Of a stretch of 64,000 nt of DNA, positions 61,001 to 64,000 are shown one piece after another. The notes under the pieces were generated by a model. That model worked only from the letters and a program-made list of their open reading frames with translations, was not told the DNA's origin and made no database searches. The stretch comes from Candidatus Aceula meridiana. Its GTDB lineage: Bacteria; Omnitrophota; Gorgyraeia; Zapsychrales; Aceulaceae. Each line of letters opens with the position of its first letter. Within the stretch, counting starts at the first letter, position 1. The position numbers and the translations under genes are program-made. The stretch covers positions 251,538 to 315,537 of the forward strand of contig JAVCDE010000024.1 of the NCBI GenBank assembly GCA_030765185.1, in the 5' to 3' direction.

Positions 61001-61216
61001 CCCTGTTGTCAAAGGATAGATCACTTGGTCCTCAACATCCTGTGGGCTGCGCCCTGGCCAGTCTGCATATACAATAACCTGAAGCTCGCCGATATCCGGA
61101 ATTGCATCAACAGGGGTTTCTTTCATGGAAGAAAACCCTAGAATCATCATCAACACAAAAACCGATAAAACAAGAAATCGATTACGGATACATGTTTCAA
61201 TAATGCGATTAATCAT
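58067..61216 (-). CDS. cusA: CusA/SilA-type heavy-metal efflux RND permease
   Basis: PVDAIPDIGELQVIVYADWPGRSPQDVEDQV, EFMPPLNEGD, DPAPVTMIET, RIDMLATG (Met triad region), GSEVMKPMAAP. Confidence 0.93.
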   Translation of the reverse strand: MINRIIETCIRNRFLVLSVFVLMMILGFSSMKETPVDAIPDIGELQVIVYADWPGRSPQDVEDQVIYPLTTGLMGTPKVKVVRSSSGFGFGLVNMIFREGTDYYWARTRVLERLDLAKKNIPKDVSVSLGPDATALGQIFWYTVEGDGYSLEELRSIQDWYVRYQLTSVEGVSEVASVGGYVKQYQVDVDPNKLFAYDVSLLHVMEAIKLSNIDVGAKVFEQNSVEYVVRGLGFIKSIKDIEDIVIGVHAGTPVTIKDIGRVALGADFRRGVLDKEGREATGGVVVMRYGENPLKVIERVKKKIQEIEVGLPKGMKIVPFYDRTGLIHRSIHTLSSALIQEIIITIFVIVVFLLHFWGSLVIAAVLPIGILIAFIFMKQFGVDANIMSLGGIAIAIGVMVDSGCVMVENIYSKLSEHSTENLTSENRLKICSDAAGEVGRPVLFALLTTIVSFIPVFVLTGQAGKLFSPLAYTKTFVMVAAAIIALTLLPTLSYFALKGKLKPVEENKTAKYLHGKYKPLLGWALIHKRVIVFIALAVFTVGLIFSVLMKQEFMPPLNEGDLLFMPVLLPGASLTQVADVMQKQDIIIKNEIPEVEGVVGKLGRAETATDPAPVTMIETIIHLKNKKYWRKGMTREKIIDEIQQKTKMPGVSPIMTQPIRNRIDMLATGIQTPVGIKVFGPDLKEIEKIGIQLEQIVGRVEGAVSPYAERIGGRPYFEIEIDRPQAARYGIHVQDIQDLIMSGIGGMNITTTVEGRERYPVRVRYLRELRDDPEALKRIFVPTRWHWRNAPKPAQIPLAQLAEFKTVAGPSMIFSENTVPYGRVFINVNQSQIGLVDFVKKAQETVQKEISRGNLKIPTGYFISWSGQFEAEMESRKRLLPSMALALMVILVLLYMAFKDIKILGILTAVLPLSLTGGVILLFLLNFRFSTAVWVGFIALFGVATDNAVVLLSTLENLFKEKLPKTIEEIRQTVIRAGLQRVRPALMTTMTTIIALMPVMFSSGTGSEVMKPMAAPTVGGLLTATAANLILVPVLYSWMKERKLQKEQS

Positions 61217-61237
61217 GTTCTCTCCTTAAAAATATTA

Positions 61238-62410
61238 CTACATTTGCATTCCGGGCATTCCGGGCATCGCGGAAGCCGCTGGTTGCTTTTTCTCATTACC
61301 CAAGGCCCCGGAAAAAGCCGAAGACGCAACCCCGGTAATTTGACTTTGAGAATCAATCAAAAAATTACCTTGCGTGACGACCCGCTCCCCTTCGTTTAAT
61401 CCTTTTAAAACCGGATAAAATTTTCTTGGATTATCCGAATGGTCAATGGCTTCAGGCCCCACAGTAACTTTACGCCCCTCGAATTGCCCATCACCTTTAT
61501 CAACCCATACAATTTGTCGCCGACCGGTATCCAAAAGCGCGCTTTTAGGAATAGATAAAACGTCCATATTCCCGTTATCGTCTTGATACTGGCTCATAAT
61601 TTCAATATCAACATACATTTCCGGTTTTAATTTTTTCTCCGGATTATCGACCAAGGCGCGAAAACGAACAGACCGAGTCTGAGGATCAACCACAGGATTA
61701 AGGGAAACAACTTTTCCGTAAAACTCTTCTCCTGCCAAGCTCAAAGGGCTCACCTTAACATAAGCGCCTTCTTTAACCCAGTTAAGTTCATATTCATAGA
61801 CATCACCATAAATCCACATCTTGTCTCCCGGCAAAACCAAATTGTTTTGAACTTTTTTTGATTTTTGCAGGCCATCAATTTGTTCCTGGCTTAGGCCCAT
61901 CAAAAGAAGCTTGCGCTGCGAAGAGTCCACCAAAGATTTGGCCCTATCCACGATTTCTTCAATGCCGCCGGAAAGAGCTTTTTCGTAAGATTGAACTGAA
62001 GAAATAAATTCATCCTGTGCAACGGCTAACTGCGGGTCATAGGCAACGCGCCCAACAGCCCGAATTTCCTTAAAAAGCTGCCGCTTTTCAATAGGCTCGG
62101 TTTTAACGCCGGCCAACTTTAATTCAGAGGCCTTAAGCGCAACCTGGCTTATGACATTTTCATCCGATGTCTCCATGTTCATGCTTGACTTTATTACCGG
62201 CATTAACGGCATAAAACAAATCGGACACTTCGTATCCCCTTTTTCATAGTTTTCAACCGTCACCTTAACGCTCGGATGCATGCCGCAAGTATAATAAGAT
62301 ATCGGCTCATCAAGACCTTGATGGTTCACATGATTCTGTTGAGCGAATAGTTGCGTTGAAAACATCAACGTAAAAAGAATGACGAGAGCAACCCTTATAA
62401 TCTTTTCCAT
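61238..62410 (-). CDS. cusB: CusB-type membrane fusion protein with heavy-metal-binding domain
   Basis: YTCGMHP...CPICFMPL domain, LKPEMYVD, FLIDSQSQ, Met-rich tail MPGMPGMQM. Confidence 0.9.
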   Translation of the reverse strand: MEKIIRVALVILFTLMFSTQLFAQQNHVNHQGLDEPISYYTCGMHPSVKVTVENYEKGDTKCPICFMPLMPVIKSSMNMETSDENVISQVALKASELKLAGVKTEPIEKRQLFKEIRAVGRVAYDPQLAVAQDEFISSVQSYEKALSGGIEEIVDRAKSLVDSSQRKLLLMGLSQEQIDGLQKSKKVQNNLVLPGDKMWIYGDVYEYELNWVKEGAYVKVSPLSLAGEEFYGKVVSLNPVVDPQTRSVRFRALVDNPEKKLKPEMYVDIEIMSQYQDDNGNMDVLSIPKSALLDTGRRQIVWVDKGDGQFEGRKVTVGPEAIDHSDNPRKFYPVLKGLNEGERVVTQGNFLIDSQSQITGVASSAFSGALGNEKKQPAASAMPGMPGMQM

Positions 62411-62419
62411 TTCTCCTCC

Positions 62420-63691
62420 TTATAAATCTCTTCCAACCATTTGTTCTAAATAAGCAATTGCTTTTCGATAATCAACAATCGATTTATAATACGCCAAACG
62501 CGTCTGAAGATATGTCCGCTCGGCATCAAGCCAATCAATAAAAGAAATTCCGCTGGTTTCAAACCCTGTCTGTGAACCGTCAAAAGCCTGTTTGGCCTGA
62601 GGCAACAGGGCTGTTTCATATAAAAGGACGACGTCCTTGTAGGCTATAATTTTAAAATAAGCGTCCTTCACTTCAAGTTCAGCTTGATTTTCGACTTGCT
62701 CTTTATTTTTTTGAGCTGATTTTAATTGAGCCTCTTTTTCTTTGACTTGAGCATCTAATTTCCAAAACCATATCGGAACATTAACCGAAACCATAGCTGC
62801 CCAGGCATCCTGTCCGTCATCCATAGAAGTCGTCGTGCCGCTGCCGATTTCGATATATTCTGCCCCGATCGTAAAATTCGGCAAATATGCCATCTTCGAT
62901 AAAGTTTTTTCCTTCTGGGCCTTTTCAAATAAGAAATCAGCTTCGATTAAATCCTGACGGGTTTCTTTTGCATATCCTAACAATTCATCAAGATTATAAG
63001 AGAAGGAAATGTTCTTTAACGATAAAACCTTATTGATTTCTCCGCCTGAGGGGTTGTTGATTAGGGTATTAAGTTTTACGCTTAGACTTTCTCTGTTCTG
63101 CTTTAACAAAAATATCTTCTGAAGAATTTTAGAAAGTTCCACCTGGATCTTAAGAATGTTTTGTTGCGTTCCAAGGTTAGACTCGTATTTCTTCTGAGCC
63201 GAGCCCTCTAAATCTTCCAGGATAGATTTTTCTTCTTCGTTTATTTCGATTGATTTATCTACCCAAAATAAATCATAGTAAGTAGCTTTTACCTGGGCAA
63301 TAATGGCACGTCTTGCTTTTTCATATTCTTGTTCAAGCATCTTGGCCTGCGCGGCCTGGGCCTTTCCCTTTAAGCTTAATTTTCCCGGGAAAGGAATCTT
63401 TTGAGAAACATTGAATTTTTGCTCCTGCGGCCCCACGCGGGTTTGCACTTCTTCGCCAAAATAGGTATAACCGACCATCGGATCGTCTAAAGCGCTAATG
63501 CTTTGCGTTTTGTATTGTTCGGCCTTCCACTTCTGATAAACCTGCTGGATTTGTGGATTGTTTTCTAAGGCCTCCTGAACAAAGCGGTCAAGAATGCTTT
63601 CTCCTTTATCCTGGCCAAAAGAAAAACAAGGCAAAAAAATTAAGCTTAGAATTGCTATAAAAATAAATTTAAAATAACGATTGGGATTCAT
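62420..63691 (-). CDS. TolC-family outer membrane efflux channel (CusC role)
   Basis: ALENNPQI, SQKIPFPGKL, VSVNVPIW, DWLDAERT; operonic with cusBA. Confidence 0.9.
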   Translation of the reverse strand: MNPNRYFKFIFIAILSLIFLPCFSFGQDKGESILDRFVQEALENNPQIQQVYQKWKAEQYKTQSISALDDPMVGYTYFGEEVQTRVGPQEQKFNVSQKIPFPGKLSLKGKAQAAQAKMLEQEYEKARRAIIAQVKATYYDLFWVDKSIEINEEEKSILEDLEGSAQKKYESNLGTQQNILKIQVELSKILQKIFLLKQNRESLSVKLNTLINNPSGGEINKVLSLKNISFSYNLDELLGYAKETRQDLIEADFLFEKAQKEKTLSKMAYLPNFTIGAEYIEIGSGTTTSMDDGQDAWAAMVSVNVPIWFWKLDAQVKEKEAQLKSAQKNKEQVENQAELEVKDAYFKIIAYKDVVLLYETALLPQAKQAFDGSQTGFETSGISFIDWLDAERTYLQTRLAYYKSIVDYRKAIAYLEQMVGRDL

Positions 63692-63692
63692 T

Positions 63693-63971
63693 TTAACCCC
63701 CGCAATGTTTATTTAAAATGTTGATAACTTCGTTAATTTTCTCCTGCTTTTCAACTTGAGACTGGCCTTTAAGCGTATCAGCAACACAACTTTCTAAATG
63801 TTTTTGAAGAATCTTTTCCTTAACCCTACTGATTGCTTTTGTAACCGAACGAATTTGAATTAGTACGTCAATGCAATAGCGCCCTTCTTCAATCATTCCT
63901 TGGATACCGCGAACTTGTCCCTCAATTCTTTTAAGAGCATTAATCTGTTCTTTATGACTTGAATGTTTCAT
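63693..63971 (-). CDS. csoR: CsoR/RcnR family metal-sensing repressor
   Basis: LKRIEGQVRGIQGMIEEGRYCIDVLIQ...KHLESCV (Cys-His-Cys ligand set). Confidence 0.9.
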   Translation of the reverse strand: MKHSSHKEQINALKRIEGQVRGIQGMIEEGRYCIDVLIQIRSVTKAISRVKEKILQKHLESCVADTLKGQSQVEKQEKINEVINILNKHCGG

Positions 63972-64000
63972 AGCGTTCTCCTTTTCAATGCAAGGATACC

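Overview
Bacterial chromosomal window, AT-rich by eye, with nearly all genes on the minus strand. The diderm gene content (TonB-dependent receptor, TolC) and a giant N-terminal-domain/GGIDL protein suggest Ca. Omnitrophota (inference). Left to right: (1) a >=1784-codon secreted multidomain ORF missing from the ORF track because it runs off the window; (2) pspC, metY and an ArsR-led operon (Trx, DUF302, CoA-disulfide/persulfide reductase-rhodanese, MMPL, LolA-like, OM barrel, DUF2892) that looks like a sulfane-sulfur system; (3) cspA; (4) a group 3d NAD-linked [NiFe]-hydrogenase hoxFUYH with protease, hypABCDEF, rex, a solitary CbiM/NikM transporter and ADP-forming acetate-CoA ligase, with Rex-like operators; (5) btuB behind an intercistronic cobalamin riboswitch; (6) a two-component signalling island without output domains; (7) dtxR, fur-feoA fusion and feoB with a DtxR box, plus an unannotated ferredoxin; (8) PIN-PhoH, ilvD and carotenoid genes; (9) csoR-cusCBA followed by a secreted SbtA-like RiPP precursor with six Ser-Cys sites and a Met/acidic spacer, an SbtM-type radical SAM/SPASM maturase and DoxX. 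Item 9 is my best candidate for a novel system: a possible radical-SAM (oxygen-independent) counterpart of copper-binding thiooxazole proteins. A dispersed, covarying two-hairpin repeat occurs three times. I saw no CRISPR array, rRNA, tRNA or transposase. All calls come from reading the sequence; no database searches were run.
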